Position numbers and translations under genes: made by a program. This document shows positions 19,286-28,116 of a stretch of DNA of 64,000 bases, piece after piece. Source of the DNA: Blastocatellia bacterium (lineage in GTDB: Bacteria; Acidobacteriota; Blastocatellia; UBA7656); contig CAVXWP010000003.1 in NCBI GenBank assembly GCA_963765495.1, positions 128,001 through 192,000 of the forward strand, given 5' to 3'. The notes under the pieces are model-generated. The model was not told the origin of the DNA, ran no database searches, and saw only the letters and a list, made by a program, of their open reading frames with translations. The first letter of the stretch is position 1, and every line of letters starts with the position of its first letter.

Positions 19286-20209
19286 ATGTCACAGCCAATA
19301 TTGGTAACCGGAGCGGCAGGCGGAGATCAGGGTTCCACGGGCCGCCACATTGTCGGATTATTAATCGAGCAGGGTCTTCCAGTGCGTGCCTTTGTTCATA
19401 AGCTGGATAAACGAGCTGATCGTTTGCGTGACCTCGGCGCCGAGGTGTTTGAGGGCGATCTTCTCGATCCTGTATCAGTCCGCCGCGCCATGAAAGACAT
19501 CAAACTTGCCTATTTCACCTACCCGGTGACCGATGGCTTGCTTGAGGCTACCACCATCTTCGCGCTTGCTGCTCGTGAGGCCGGAACGGAATTGGTGGTC
19601 AATCTTTCGCAACTTCAGAACACACCCGATGCGCCGAGCTTTCGGAACCTGCAACACCGGCTCGCCGATCGGATATTCGATATGGCCGAGGTCGGTGCGA
19701 TACACCTCCACGCGCCACCCTTTTATGAGAATGTGCGCGCGTTGATAGCCGAGAGCGTCGCCGGTCAGAACACGGTCTTTCTCCCCTGGGGTGGTGGAGA
19801 TGCGGTGATACCGCTGGTTGGTGCTGAGGATGTCGCTCGCGTGGCAACCGCTTTACTGACCGGGACAGAGGCGGGCCGCCAGAATGCATACGATCTGATC
19901 TCAGAAATCCCGTCGGTGAATGAAATTGTGAACACCCTCGGCAGGGTGCTCAAGCGTCCGATTCGCTACGTCGAAATTACGGATGAGCAATGGGCACAGG
20001 CCCTCGCCGGCCGCATAAACTCTCATGCTCTCGATCACCTCAGCCATCTCTGGCGGTATTTCCGAAACTTCGGAATAGGCGAAGGAGAGAATGTCTTTAG
20101 AGTCAGCGATACGATTCGAACCCTGACTGGAACCGATCCGCAAACGCTGGAACAGTTCTTCGAGAAAAATGCAGCCGTGTTTGGAGGTTTTCGGGAAGAG
20201 GATGCTTGA
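19286..20209 (+). CDS. NmrA-like NAD(P)H-binding protein
   Basis: ILVTGAAG...STGRHIV Rossmann start, GDLLD, EDVARVA; RBS GGGGAGG before ATG 19286. Confidence 0.85.
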   Translation: MSQPILVTGAAGGDQGSTGRHIVGLLIEQGLPVRAFVHKLDKRADRLRDLGAEVFEGDLLDPVSVRRAMKDIKLAYFTYPVTDGLLEATTIFALAAREAGTELVVNLSQLQNTPDAPSFRNLQHRLADRIFDMAEVGAIHLHAPPFYENVRALIAESVAGQNTVFLPWGGGDAVIPLVGAEDVARVATALLTGTEAGRQNAYDLISEIPSVNEIVNTLGRVLKRPIRYVEITDEQWAQALAGRINSHALDHLSHLWRYFRNFGIGEGENVFRVSDTIRTLTGTDPQTLEQFFEKNAAVFGGFREEDA

Positions 20210-20553
20210 GGACATAATTGAACAGGCCCCGATGAATGGGCTGGCCGAACCGGTTGCTGCAATGAACGCGATCGCACGCGCTGGTTGGCAGATATAGTCA
20301 TTCTATTTTCATTTAGCGAGCCGCAGATAAATAGAATTCGTCTTCGTCCCATTCAGTTTCAGAAGAGGGCAAATGTGATTTCCTGCCGGGAAGCCTTTCG
20401 GTGCTTGCAATATTTCAAAGATCACGTAGGGAGTACCAAAATTAGGAAGGCAAGCAGATTCATTAGTAGGAAAGGGAGTCATACAAGTTGTGCTCCCTTT
20501 CCTACCTTTATCTGATAAGTGGTCCCATTGGTCAAGCCATCTCTCAGTCAATT

Positions 20554-21060
20554 CTAATGCTGACCAATAGAGCTAACCATCATATCTTTATGTTTTCGTT
20601 CCAGCCAAAGTGCTATCCATCCTGCCAGAGCCGTACCCTGCACTATAATCTCCGGCTGCACGATAAGGTGTGTGCGCGTAGTAAATTCTGGCCTCATATA
20701 AACCAGCCCATCGATAGTTCCCGGTGCAGCTACGGCTGAGGCCCAATAGCCAAAAATCAGATAAATACCGGCAAGGGCAACGAATCGTTTTTTGATACTC
20801 CAACCAATCAGTGTTTCATAGAAAGGATAGAGGGCTAAGGCCATGATAAAACCTCGCAGCACCTGGGCGGGCAGGAACCAGATCATCACATGCCGCCACG
20901 CATCCGCGTCAACAGGTGTTCGCATAAAGCTGGCAAAGACTGGATCAGGCCCCTCGTAAAGAGATTTCGTGAGCAGTTGGTATGCAATAGCTCCAACAAT
21001 GAAGTAAGTGACGGTATGTGCGATGATGATTTTTGTGGCAAACGACAGAAACCTCTTCAT
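20554..21060 (-). CDS. hypothetical membrane protein (about 4 TM)
   Basis: Hydrophobic segments; strong RBS AGGAGAGAGG directly upstream. Confidence 0.7.
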   Translation of the reverse strand: MKRFLSFATKIIIAHTVTYFIVGAIAYQLLTKSLYEGPDPVFASFMRTPVDADAWRHVMIWFLPAQVLRGFIMALALYPFYETLIGWSIKKRFVALAGIYLIFGYWASAVAAPGTIDGLVYMRPEFTTRTHLIVQPEIIVQGTALAGWIALWLERKHKDMMVSSIGQH

Positions 21061-21243
21061 CCTCTCCTCCTGTTGCTGAAGGTCTTAACGGGTCTAAGCG
21101 AAAATGTGCTGACGACGATTACGAACTTTAAGGGTAAGTGGTTCGAGGCAATCGAGCGATGAATTCATTGGCGCGCTGGGGACGTCGCTTCAACTGAGGA
21201 GGAAACGGGGTTTGCTATAGGGGTTTTCAAATCAATGTAGCCT

Positions 21244-21296
21244 GTAGGGGCGATCCGGGCAGCCACAATAAATGTACTCATTCGGGCTGTCCCCAC
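21244..21296 (+). repeat. GTAG-type REP-like element, copy 2
   Basis: GTAGGGGCGATCCGGGCAGCCACAATAAATGTACTCATTCGGGCTGTCCCCAC, same orientation as copy 1. Confidence 0.7.
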
Positions 21297-21335
21297 AATT
21301 TCGCTCAACCTGCTACTATCTTTCCAGATCTGGTA

Positions 21336-22532
21336 TTACCCCTGACCAGCCGCAAGCAGAAAAGCCTCTTCGCAGACAGCCGGTTCGGAATCATTTAGCG
21401 CCTTCTCAATCAAGTGCGAGGCTTGCTTTTGATCGAGATGAGCAATCGCCCAGAGCGCGTGCGAACGAATCAGAGGATCAGGATCATGTTCTATGCGTTC
21501 GATCAAAGCGGGCACGGCAGCCGTGCAATCGACATTGCGAGCGACAACAGCAGCATTGCGGAGCAGCCCCCGTCGCTTTGGTCGCGTGAGGGGTGTCCCC
21601 TTGAATCGCCACCGGAACTCTTCATCAGTACCAATTGACAGCACCTCGATAAGATCAAGACGAGGACCAACGCCCGAATCAGGATGAAACTCTTTCCAGA
21701 TCGTTTCTTTGGCGAAGCGATTGAACGGGCACACTAATTCTGACTGCCCCCGAATTATTGGTGGTAGAGATTTGTATCTGGTAGCTTCGGGGCGCATCTC
21801 CTGACATACGTCGCAGCCGAAAATCCAGTCGCCCAGACGCGCCCGCAACTCGCGTGGTATCGCACCCTTGTTTTCGATGGTCAGGTAAGAGATACAGAGC
21901 CGCGAATCCAGATTGTAGGCCGAGGCAAACGCATCCGTAGGGCAGACATCGAGACACCTGTGGCAGGTGCCGCAATTGACCCGAATCTCGCCCTCATCAG
22001 GCGGAAGCTCTAAATCAACGAGTATCTCGGCCAGAAAAAACCACGATCCGTTTTGAGGTCGAAGCAGGTTGGTGTTCTTGCCGAAAAACCCGAGACCTGC
22101 GCGGGCCGCCGCCGCGCGCTCGAGTAACGGTACCGCGTCTACGAATGAACGCGCGTGAAGCGTTCGCCCGGCAAGCCTTTCAATCTGCGAGATGAGGCGG
22201 GCGAGGCGAGGCTTTACGACATCGTGATAATCGAGCCCCCACGCATAGCGGGCCACACGCCCAAAGCGATTCTCGTGCCTGAACGCCGGAGCCTCGGCGT
22301 AATAATTGACCGCCAGAGTAATCAACGAAAGGGCACGGGGAACAAGCCTGCGGGGGTGCGCGTGCAATTCGGTTCGGCGAGTCATGTACTGCATCTCGGC
22401 GGCAAATCCCGCGTCGCGCCACTCGCGATAGGCGACATCGTCGCGCTCCAGAGGTTCTACAGAGGTAATTGCCGACACCTCGAAACCGAGTGCGCGCGCG
22501 GCTTCTTTGATAGACGGGACCAGATCGCTCAC
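21336..22532 (-). CDS. queG: tRNA epoxyqueuosine(34) reductase with a 21-aa insertion
   Basis: RYAWGLDYH, AGLGFFGKN, GSWFFLAEI, CGTCHRCLDVCPT, CISYLTIE, WIFGCDVCQE[21 aa]VCPFN, C-terminal HEAT repeats. Confidence 0.93.
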   Translation of the reverse strand: MSDLVPSIKEAARALGFEVSAITSVEPLERDDVAYREWRDAGFAAEMQYMTRRTELHAHPRRLVPRALSLITLAVNYYAEAPAFRHENRFGRVARYAWGLDYHDVVKPRLARLISQIERLAGRTLHARSFVDAVPLLERAAAARAGLGFFGKNTNLLRPQNGSWFFLAEILVDLELPPDEGEIRVNCGTCHRCLDVCPTDAFASAYNLDSRLCISYLTIENKGAIPRELRARLGDWIFGCDVCQEMRPEATRYKSLPPIIRGQSELVCPFNRFAKETIWKEFHPDSGVGPRLDLIEVLSIGTDEEFRWRFKGTPLTRPKRRGLLRNAAVVARNVDCTAAVPALIERIEHDPDPLIRSHALWAIAHLDQKQASHLIEKALNDSEPAVCEEAFLLAAGQG

Positions 22533-22574
22533 ACGATAAGGCTAGACAGATGGATGAAGGGATGTCAATTAATG

Positions 22575-22610
22575 ATTTGAAATCTGAGATTTGAGATTTA
22601 AATTTCAGAT
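22575..22610. repeat. degenerate heptamer tandem repeat (ATTTGAR)
   Basis: ATTTGAA ATCTGAG ATTTGAG ATTTAAA TTTCAGAT in an intergenic gap. Confidence 0.45.
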
Positions 22611-22648
22611 AAAGCAGCGTCGATGGACGCCGGTTTTATCCGGCGCGC

Positions 22649-23344
22649 TCATTTATGTACAGCGGTCCATCTGATTTTGCCCGTCTGACACGTGCAGCCG
22701 CTTGAGTATCTGAATTCGACCGTGCCTTCGGCTTTGGTTTCGCTGGTAAAGGTGCCTTTGATTGTATCGCTGAATGTTGGGGTCGATATATCAAGATCGA
22801 AGTACCCGTTGATCAGATCGGCAAACCTGTCAACTTGAACACTCGCCGATACCGAGCATCCGTCCGAAGAACAGGAAAAGCCTGTGCTAAGACTTGTTAC
22901 CGTCTCCTGCTCGACCAGCACGGTAAAATTGAACGGCTGGCCCTGTGCTGTCTGGCCTATGTAATCGCCCGCCATCGGCGTGATCGGCGTCAGAATCTCG
23001 ATAGAGGCAATATCGCTTGGCGCTCCGTTGACCAAAACCATTACGGTTTGCGGGCCGGGCGTAAGGTCTTCGGGTAAGATAACGAAGAGCTTTTTTCGTT
23101 TTGCCTTTGTGACCTCAGCCTGAAGCCCTCCGACAAGGACTTCATTTTCAACCGGAGACGGACTGAAGTTGCGACCCTTGATGACGATCTGCTGGCCGGG
23201 GACTGCACGCGCCGGTTTAACCTTTCGAATCTCAGGCGTTTGGAATGTAACGCGACCAGCAGGTCTGGTTATTCCACTTACAGATTGAGGCGCGACAAGC
23301 GCCAGGCAAACGAGCAACCGCAAAAGGTGAGGTATGTGCTTCAT
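22649..23344 (-). CDS. exported IPT/TIG-domain protein
   Basis: Signal peptide; PEIRKVKP...PGQQIVIKGRNFS...VLVGG IPT/TIG pattern; Cys-containing beta-rich C-terminus. Confidence 0.75.
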   Translation of the reverse strand: MKHIPHLLRLLVCLALVAPQSVSGITRPAGRVTFQTPEIRKVKPARAVPGQQIVIKGRNFSPSPVENEVLVGGLQAEVTKAKRKKLFVILPEDLTPGPQTVMVLVNGAPSDIASIEILTPITPMAGDYIGQTAQGQPFNFTVLVEQETVTSLSTGFSCSSDGCSVSASVQVDRFADLINGYFDLDISTPTFSDTIKGTFTSETKAEGTVEFRYSSGCTCQTGKIRWTAVHK

Positions 23345-23753
23345 ACGATCTGCTCTCCAAATAACTTTATTTCAACAGAGATGTAATCGAGCAACTTGAC
23401 GCGCTCAGTCTACACTCAACCTCGCAAACGGGCAAGCCGCCGCGATGCCAGCCTCAGTCGTTCAAATAATCTGAAGCCTGTACATAAATCGCGGCTTGAA
23501 AAACGGCCCTTTTTGGGGGTTATTCCAACTTTAGTTCTGGTCGTGCTCAAGCATAATTTTTCAGGCTCGCCAGTAAATAATGAAAGTGCTGAAAACAGAG
23601 AACTTTAATTTGCACAAGCTTCAGAATAAATAGCTTAACAGAATTTGGTTCTGCCTCTTTTGACGCTTATCTACAAATTATGCATTCGGCTCTTTGCGCA
23701 CAATTTACTTGTAGCTTTCGGCCACTAGAAAATGGTCGGTCCTTTTACCATCC

Positions 23754-23770
23754 AGGACATTAGATGTCCT
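23754..23770. promoter_or_regulatory. candidate WYL-regulator operator
   Basis: Perfect inverted repeat AGGACAT-TAG-ATGTCCT 27 nt upstream of the WYL gene start. Confidence 0.6.
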
Positions 23771-23797
23771 ACCTCGTGTGTTTTAATATAGCTTGGT

Positions 23798-24811
23798 ATG
23801 ACAGAGAGCGCTGATCCGAAAAGGCGAGAGCATTCAAGGCATATAGAGCGTGTAGTGTGGATTGAGCAAGAAATCAGATCAGATCATTATCCGAACTCAC
23901 GAACAATCGCCGAACGCTTTGAGATTAGCCCGAAGACGGCACAGCGAACACTCGATTTCATGCGCGACAGGCTTAACCGGCCTCTGGCCTATTCATCCGA
24001 AAAGAAAGGATGGTATTACTCGGAACCGGCATACCCGCTTCCAGGCATAGACCTGACCGAAGGTGATCTTGTGGCGATCTTGTTGGCCGAACGCCTCGTA
24101 CAACAGTACAAAGGAACTGCCATAGCCCGACAGGTCGAGCAGGCGTTCGATAAAGTGATCGGCGCAATGACCGACCGAGTTTCTATTGATCTGGGCTCGT
24201 TGGCTGAAGCCTACTCATTTGAAGCGCCCGCGACCAGCCAGCTTGATCCTAAGATTTTCTCTCAACTTGGAATGGCCGCAAGCAATCGTCATCAAATAGA
24301 GATGACCTACTACACGGCCAACCGTGGTGAGGTAACGCGCAGGCGTGCCGACCCTCTGCATCTTAGGAATTATTTGGGAGAGTGGTATCTGATAGCTTTC
24401 GATCATTTGAGAAGAGGCGTGCGGGATTTTCATGCGGGCCGCATTCGTGAACTAAAAATAACAGAAGAGACATTCGATTGGCCCAAAGGTTTTGATCTTG
24501 GGGCTTACCTTAAATCTGGATTTGCAATGATACGCGGCCAGGAACCTTTCGAGGTCGAGATTATCTTTGACGAATATCAGGCGAGATGGATTCGTGAAAG
24601 GAGCCTTGCGCATCCTACGGAGCAACGCGAAGAGATGCCCGACGGCAGCCTTCGAGTGCGAATGCGAGTTACGGCTCTTGATGGAGTTAAGAGGTTTGTT
24701 TTGCAATATGGCTCGCATGCGCGGGTCATCGGACCGGAAAAGTTGCTACAGGAAACACGCGACGAAATAGAAGCTATGCTCGCACTCTACTCAGACGTTA
24801 CACAGGGATGA
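23798..24811 (+). CDS. wHTH-WYL-WCX transcriptional regulator
   Basis: IAERFEISPKTAQRTLDFMRD HTH; RRADPLHL...EWYLIAFD...RDFHAGRI; VLQYGSHARVIGP. Confidence 0.93.
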   Translation: MTESADPKRREHSRHIERVVWIEQEIRSDHYPNSRTIAERFEISPKTAQRTLDFMRDRLNRPLAYSSEKKGWYYSEPAYPLPGIDLTEGDLVAILLAERLVQQYKGTAIARQVEQAFDKVIGAMTDRVSIDLGSLAEAYSFEAPATSQLDPKIFSQLGMAASNRHQIEMTYYTANRGEVTRRRADPLHLRNYLGEWYLIAFDHLRRGVRDFHAGRIRELKITEETFDWPKGFDLGAYLKSGFAMIRGQEPFEVEIIFDEYQARWIRERSLAHPTEQREEMPDGSLRVRMRVTALDGVKRFVLQYGSHARVIGPEKLLQETRDEIEAMLALYSDVTQG

Positions 24812-24871
24812 AATTCAACCCGGCGATGGGTCTGCTGTCCGTTCTGTTTGAATGTTGTAAGAGAACGCAAA

Positions 24872-25519
24872 ATGGATTATATAGAGCTTAGATACCCGGT
24901 GATTGGAGAGGCTTTGCCGTCAGATCACGGCTACGCGATGTTTCGAGCAATTTCCAAATTGATACCGGAAGCACAAATCTCTAACTGGCTCGCTGTTGAA
25001 ACCATTCCCGGCATCGCGCGCACAGATGGAAACATACGACTTGGCCCTCACTCGCTCCTCAGGATGAGGCTGCCTCAAGCCAGAGCCTCGCTTATGTTGA
25101 AACTTGCGGGAAGGCGATTGGATGTAAACGGCTACAGCATCAGATTCGAAGCGCCGCAAATATTCCTGCTCAGGCCGTCTTCGTCTTTGCGCGCGGGCTG
25201 CGTGACCATCAAGGGTGTCAACAGACGGGATCAGTTTCTAAATCGGGTAGCGCAGAAGATGGACGAATTTGCGGTGAGGGGCGAGCCGGAAATCGGTCCT
25301 CGCTGCATCTTTCGCGTTGGAGGTCGCAAACTTGTAGGTTATGGGCTGAGGGTTCACGACCTGAGCGAAGAAGGGTCCATCCTTCTTCAGGAGCAAGGGC
25401 TTGGAAATCGCAGACACTTAGGATGCGGATTTTTCGTGCCAATCCGAAAGAGCCGGATTTCTGATCACACGTGTCGGCCGACCTTCACCGTTCAAAGGAA
25501 TAGACTCTATGCGCGTTAA
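24872..25519 (+). CDS. cas6: Cas6 of the Cmx6 (I-MYXAN) type
   Basis: LPSDHGYA, LRMRLP, LAGRRLDVNG, VTIKG, SILLQEQGLGNRRHLGCGFFVP G-loop. Confidence 0.82.
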   Translation: MDYIELRYPVIGEALPSDHGYAMFRAISKLIPEAQISNWLAVETIPGIARTDGNIRLGPHSLLRMRLPQARASLMLKLAGRRLDVNGYSIRFEAPQIFLLRPSSSLRAGCVTIKGVNRRDQFLNRVAQKMDEFAVRGEPEIGPRCIFRVGGRKLVGYGLRVHDLSEEGSILLQEQGLGNRRHLGCGFFVPIRKSRISDHTCRPTFTVQRNRLYAR

Positions 25520-26264
25520 GTTAACACTGATGGCGGCGAGCCAGAGATCAACCCTGCCGATGAACTACAACCATGCGGTAGCTTCGTTGATTTATCGCAC
25601 GCTCGGCAATGCATCAGAAGAGTTCGCCTCACGGTTGCACGATGAAGGCTTCAAAGCCGACCGTCGTAGTTTCAAGCTCTTCACCTTTTCGCGGCTGTGG
25701 ATAAAGCGCAGTCGGGTTATGGGGGATAGGCTGTTGCTTGAATCGCCGGAGGTATCGTTACAGGTCAGTTCTCCAGTTGGAGATTTCATAGAGCATTTCG
25801 TATCAGGGTTGTTTCAATGCGAGGCATTCAACATCGCAGGCGCTCGGTTCGAACTTGCAGGAGCCGAGACATTACCTATGCCTGAATTCAGCGAGCGGAT
25901 GAGTTTCCGCGCACTTTCACCGATAACGGAGTCTGTGCGGGACGAGCAGAACCGAGTGAGGTATTTGAATCTTGACGATGACTGGTCTGAGTTCATACAT
26001 CGGAATTTAACGCGAAAATACGAGGCGCTTTATGGTCGGGTAATTTTGGGAACGAGCTTGCGTTGGGAGTGGGACAGGGTGTATATAGCGGAGCAAGCAA
26101 GACGGAACAAGCGTCCCTCAGTGCTAATAGAAGTGAGTGAAGGAATAAAGGTACGCGGCTGGCTGGCTCCATTTACAGTGGAAGGCAGCAAGGAACTTAT
26201 TGAATTAGGTTACGAAGCCGGATTCGGCAAGAGCAACGCGATGGGCTTCGGTATGGCAGAATAG
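25509..26264 (+). CDS. cas6: CRISPR endoribonuclease Cas6
   Basis: LPMNYNH, LHDEGF...FKLFTFSRL, LSPI, GYEAGFGKSNAMGFG G-loop. Confidence 0.92.
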   Translation: MRVKLTLMAASQRSTLPMNYNHAVASLIYRTLGNASEEFASRLHDEGFKADRRSFKLFTFSRLWIKRSRVMGDRLLLESPEVSLQVSSPVGDFIEHFVSGLFQCEAFNIAGARFELAGAETLPMPEFSERMSFRALSPITESVRDEQNRVRYLNLDDDWSEFIHRNLTRKYEALYGRVILGTSLRWEWDRVYIAEQARRNKRPSVLIEVSEGIKVRGWLAPFTVEGSKELIELGYEAGFGKSNAMGFGMAE

Positions 26265-26325
26265 GTTTAGCAAACATAAGGACCGCCCAGATAAGTAGCG
26301 TGATTTCACCATTACAGAACATTAA

Positions 26326-28065
26326 ATGGGTGCAAATATGCTAGAGACATTAATTGAAATCGGGAAGACTCTTAGAGATGCCGGGCGTTTGAGGCATCAT
26401 CGCTATATCAAACCCGCGCCTCTATCAGAGCGAAAATCGCCCGTTGTCTATTTATCACTCCCCGTCAAAGAAGACTTTGATTTCGATTTCGCCAAAATTA
26501 GCGAAATCACTGATGAAAACACCATTCGGAATAAACTTTACTATCTGACTTTCAAGTCTGGCGAAGCCGATGCAATGGTGAAATACATTTTTGGGGATAT
26601 TCTATATGGGGTTGATAAGAAAGGAAAAGAACTTGGCTACTATCGTATGAAGAACGAAAAGACAAATGCTTTTGGCTTGAGTTCTTTCAATAGAGCACAG
26701 GAAGACGCCAAATTCTTCAATGGTACTGCAATTGAAAAGTTTCGAGCGGCCTTTGAGCAATACATAGATTATATCGAAGGGTTACTACAGGAACGAGGGC
26801 AGGGACAGCAGGTCTTTTTGCATTTTGATTTTAACGGTAAGCATTGGTATGAATTCGAGCCGGAATTGCACGCAATCAATGAAAAGCTGCTCGATGATTT
26901 CTTGGAAGAACAGAATGAATTCTTAGTGCTGCGAAAGTTTATTTATAAAACCTTAATTTCTGGCGCATCGCAATCACCGGGATTCGATAACACAAGTGCT
27001 TATAAATCCAGAGCCTTTAAAAATCGAGATGAAGTCATGGACTTACTGTATGCGCTCACTTATTCGAAAAAGCCTCTAATCAGCGAACGCAACATAAAAA
27101 TCGTAATATTACCCAAAGGTTATAACTTGACAGCACCAGATATTGAAAGCTTCTTTGAGCGCACGGGACTTGAAGGTGAAGATATAGCAGAGGGCAAACT
27201 AAAAGCTGCGAATATTGAAATTGATAATGGGGATTTACTTGATAGCATATTTGAGCCGATCACGAAAGATATTGCTGAGAGTATCACGCAATTTGATTTT
27301 GTTTTTAGTAAGAAGGGGGGTAGCGCATCAACACCTGATGTTGACATGATCGAACTGTCTGGGATCGAACGCAGCTTTCTGGTAGAGCTTGGCAACCGAA
27401 TAAAGGATATACGCGAACCATTGCGTGTGGAACGGGACATGCTTTTTCCTAAGCGACCAAAGCAGTTTGCGTTTCTCGACATTCGCAGGGCGTTTCTTAA
27501 TATTTTGGGTGATGTAACAACAGATAAGAAGAAATATCAGAGTCATCTCTTTAAGGTTCTGCCCAAAATCTACTCGGCCACATACCACCACGATGACATG
27601 CTGTTGCCCGCGTTTATTGAAAAAACCGAATTCAATATTCGTAACGGCTCATCCGATTACAACTTACTGAAATATGACTACTATTTTCTCACACGGCTGA
27701 GAAATACAAACGGAGATGATCCTATGGAAGAAATGAGAGACTCTAAAAGCTATCAGGCTGGTCTGCTACTGGGTAGAATGGCGCAACCGCTTGATCGTAA
27801 GATTAACTCTTTTGAAAAAAACTATGTCGGATTGCTTTCGCGTCGCATATCTGACAAGCAGGGCTTGGTGAAGTTCGCTAATTTCATCAATGAGAAATTA
27901 GCCATCCATAATGTGGCTTATCGAAATCTCCAAGAAACATCGGTCAAGTTGGCTGAAATCCTCACGGAAATGAGTGCCCACGATTATCGAAAGCATTACT
28001 GCGCTTTCGGCTTCTTTGAGGGCTACTTTGGAAAAAAAGAGAATACTGAGGAATCCGACTCTTGA
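26326..28065 (+). CDS. cas8b: type I-B large subunit Cas8b
   Basis: 579 aa between cas6 and cas7b; MLETLIEIG start; helical C-terminus with GLLLG...FGFFEGY. Confidence 0.75.
   Translation: MGANMLETLIEIGKTLRDAGRLRHHRYIKPAPLSERKSPVVYLSLPVKEDFDFDFAKISEITDENTIRNKLYYLTFKSGEADAMVKYIFGDILYGVDKKGKELGYYRMKNEKTNAFGLSSFNRAQEDAKFFNGTAIEKFRAAFEQYIDYIEGLLQERGQGQQVFLHFDFNGKHWYEFEPELHAINEKLLDDFLEEQNEFLVLRKFIYKTLISGASQSPGFDNTSAYKSRAFKNRDEVMDLLYALTYSKKPLISERNIKIVILPKGYNLTAPDIESFFERTGLEGEDIAEGKLKAANIEIDNGDLLDSIFEPITKDIAESITQFDFVFSKKGGSASTPDVDMIELSGIERSFLVELGNRIKDIREPLRVERDMLFPKRPKQFAFLDIRRAFLNILGDVTTDKKKYQSHLFKVLPKIYSATYHHDDMLLPAFIEKTEFNIRNGSSDYNLLKYDYYFLTRLRNTNGDDPMEEMRDSKSYQAGLLLGRMAQPLDRKINSFEKNYVGLLSRRISDKQGLVKFANFINEKLAIHNVAYRNLQETSVKLAEILTEMSAHDYRKHYCAFGFFEGYFGKKENTEESDS
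27724..28065 (+). CDS. cas11: probable internally translated Cas11 small subunit (113 aa)
   Basis: In-frame ATG at 27724 preceded by GGAGA (27712-27716) at the start of the helical C-terminal domain. Confidence 0.55.
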   Translation: MEEMRDSKSYQAGLLLGRMAQPLDRKINSFEKNYVGLLSRRISDKQGLVKFANFINEKLAIHNVAYRNLQETSVKLAEILTEMSAHDYRKHYCAFGFFEGYFGKKENTEESDS

Positions 28066-28116
28066 TGCGCGAGTCAGGTAACCATCACCAGTCAAAATGT
28101 AAAGGAGTACATCGCT

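Noticed and set aside
20243-20352. Degenerate attC (GCCGAAC...GTTGGCAG) next to a gene stub MGRRRILFICGSLN
   Set aside because: Under 50 bp with poor arm pairing and imperfect boxes; not supportable without a covariance-model hit.
21735-21797. queG insert as a group II intron or intein
   Set aside because: 63 nt is far too short; there is no domain V/VI structure and no Cys/Ser...His-Asn intein termini.
23345-26325. CreTA-like or other mini-array near the cas genes
   Set aside because: No degenerate repeat pair seen by eye in the intergenic gaps; a lone GCTTGAA near 23494 is too short to count.
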